The translations under genes and the position numbers were made by a program. The notes under the pieces were generated by a model that did not search any database, was not told the DNA's origin, and worked only from the letters and a program-made list of their open reading frames with translations. From Utricularia gibba (lineage: Eukaryota > Plantae > Magnoliophyta): a stretch of 64,000 bases of DNA. Within the stretch, counting starts at the first letter, position 1. Each line of letters opens with the position of its first letter. Shown here in pieces: positions 61,769 to 64,000 of this stretch. The stretch lies in the NCBI GenBank assembly GCA_002189035.1, contig NEEC01000007.1:2294001-2358000 (forward strand), written 5' to 3'.

Positions 61769-62998
61769 TCACACGAGATCAATTTGCCCAGTTTCGACGA
61801 GTGGCTTGATGGATTTGTAGGGCAACGCGTACAAGTCGTCAGCCTCAATGTTAATAGGCTCCTCCATGCTGTGAACAATCCAAACATTAGCAAATACACA
61901 GAGGCAGTGACTATACATGAAGAGTAAAAAGAATGGCCTTTGATTACCCATCGTCCAGCTGAAAGGCTCCCAAAAACGTCTTGCTTCTGCAAATTACATA
62001 GACATCCAGCTTTGGCTCGGATACTGGCATAAATGTGAGAAGAAAACTGAGGTTACCAATCTGAGAGTTCATGTCCCATGTGTAAAGAAAGAAAGGTGAT
62101 AATGCTGCTTGTGATGTCTCACCCATATCATCCTCTTCACTGGCGGCAGATTGTCTCAAATGGGACTGGTACTGATCAGGCAACTTCGAGAGGACAGATG
62201 CTTCCAAGTGATGTTTTAGATCTGCAGCACATCTAAGACAAATATCAAGTTTCATTGTGAGCGAAGCCGCAAAAGTATATATCTTGAAATGAATGAGTAA
62301 AGCATCCAAACCTTCGGGCAAATTCTTGCTCATGGCTTGAAAGCCGGCTTCGTAGCTCTGCAGTTTTCTCTATGTGGAATGCATACTTCTCGATCTGCTA
62401 CGGCATGAATTACATGTGAGACATCAAACTATTTGGGGTGGGGGGACACAAAAAATTCCTATACACCCTGATACGTAAATCATTAGTGATTTGTTCTCAA
62501 CACTCCAAGATTAGGACATCCAATCATGATTACCTTTAGAAGACGAGTCCGGAGATATGATCGCAGGAGATACATGGTCCTGTCCATGTCCATCTGATAG
62601 AGGGAAACGGTAAGGGGATCAATACCACTTTTGTTAAACTCATCCACCATCTCTTCCTGAAAGCAGGAAAGAAATGTTACAGAAAGAAAGAATATACAGT
62701 AATGCGAGAAATTGGATCAATACACTTTTCTCAAGCACATTTTTATTAAATCAAACTAGCTCTCCCTGCAACATCCCTACCCATCCCCAGAGCATAGTGG
62801 ATTTGCTGGCACAAGCAAACAACTCACCATTAACTGGATTTGCTGGCGGGATCTGAGCACTAAGTCAGAGTCAAACTTTAAAATCTCAGGTGCAGCCTTC
62901 TCGTTCCTCCATGCATTTTTCAAGATCTCAACATCTGTCGTCAACATTAAGGAATCATAATCTTCAGCATTAGAGCCCTCTCCGCCAACTGAATCCAT
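61769..62998 (-). CDS. SLD5: GINS complex subunit 4 (SLD5)
   Basis: Motifs LKNAWRNEKAAPEILKF, LYQMDMDRTMYLLRSYLRTRLLK, IEKYAFHI, EPKLDVYVICRSK and DLYALPYKSIKPLVETGQIDLV. Six exons, in frame. Confidence 0.92.
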
Positions 62999-64000
62999 GG
63001 AGCACCTCTCGTTCTTTTTGTTATCTCCCACCTCCCTAATATCAAAAGGTTTTCTGGCAACATGATTCAGGCTTTAAAAAGAGCAGCGATATCTACATGT
63101 TAGAAGTTAACACATGCCTCTGTGAACAAACCATCATTGAAAATGGGAATGAAGAAAAATAACCAACCTTAGAGGTTCACGTGAGTTGATCACAATATAC
63201 TCCTGGGATAGTATTTTGCGCTGGCAGACTCAAAGATCTGCAAGCATTTAGAACAACAAATTACAAAAAAAAAAAAAAAAAAAAAAAAACCAAGAGCCAA
63301 AACTCTTTCCAGGAACATTGTCTAAATAAGGGGACACAACCAAGCTAGCAGACACATTTAATAGTAGAAAGCCGAAGATTCAGCAATAGCATTTTGAATC
63401 AGAAAATCAGTAAGACATCTTTTATCTCCATTATCTGCAAAACTCACATATTCTGAAAGTGCGAATCAACCACATTTTGCTTCCGCAGAGTTTAAGTGGC
63501 AGCACAGGGATGCAAAGTCTGAAACAGAAAATTTAGTAACAGATGAGGCGAACATTTCCATAAATGGCCGGGTAGATAAAGTGGAAACGATTAACCACCG
63601 AAAAAAGATGAGCCCAATCTTGTGCCTCTGGTTTCGATCGGCTGACTGGCGGCTCCACCTTGAGATGAGATGAACGCTGATTGCGAGCTTGCTTTCCCGT
63701 CTTCTTACTCCCTGTGTTGCTACACAAAAGGAACAAGATTTGGGGGGAGAAAACTTTGATTTTCAAAGAGGCCCTTGTCATGGACTGGAAACAAAATTAG
63801 GCCCAACTTATCACATATGATTGATGGGCTGCAATTTCACTTAATATTGGGCTTAGTTCCCAAATTTTAGAAACATTTAGGAAAATATTTTAAAATATTT
63901 TGAAAAATGTATTTTGTTGATTAATTGAGAATAATTTAAAACATTCTTCAAATATTATTTCTTTTTTTTAAAGACAAAAAAAATTGAAAGTCTGAACAAA

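Noticed and set aside
62798-62847. 13-bp exon/intron direct repeat (tggatttgctggc) in SLD5
   Set aside because: A short local duplication with no evident consequence.
1-64000. rRNA, tRNA, CRISPR arrays, intact LTR/LINE elements, known conserved miRNA sequences
   Set aside because: None recognised by eye on either strand; tRNAscan-SE, Infernal and miRBase searches would be needed to exclude them formally.

Overview
Gene-dense plant (eudicot) nuclear DNA. I count 21 protein-coding genes in 64 kb, with short spliceosomal introns and AT-rich spacers; the compactness suggests a small genome such as Lentibulariaceae/Lamiales, which is inference only. In order: RLCK kinase 3' end, monoacylglycerol lipase/CSE-like hydrolase, PORR protein, plasma-membrane H+-ATPase, HD-Zip II, mitochondrial Obg GTPase, ABI5-like bZIP, two GDSL genes, KDPG aldolase, MATE, UBC22, CHL27/CRD1, SUVH1/3-like, alpha-L-arabinofuranosidase, ALADIN, PCL1/LUX-like GARP, cyclin B1, SCAB, beta-tubulin, SLD5. 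No rRNA, tRNA or CRISPR array was seen. The standout structure is a ~2.74-kb palindrome (22837-25577): two head-to-head, near-identical 1.31-kb copies of a GDSL gene, duplicated almost exactly from start codon to stop codon (introns included) around a 112-bp spacer. The encoded protein lacks the catalytic Ser, and both flanking genes are transcribed towards the palindrome. Other points: an AT-AC (U12) intron in ALADIN, a bZIP that has lost its SnRK2 sites, an H+-ATPase with altered autoinhibitory termini, and decayed gene fragments in UTR regions (RZ-1, PPR, Harbinger). Four single-base frameshifts at short G/C runs are probably assembly errors.
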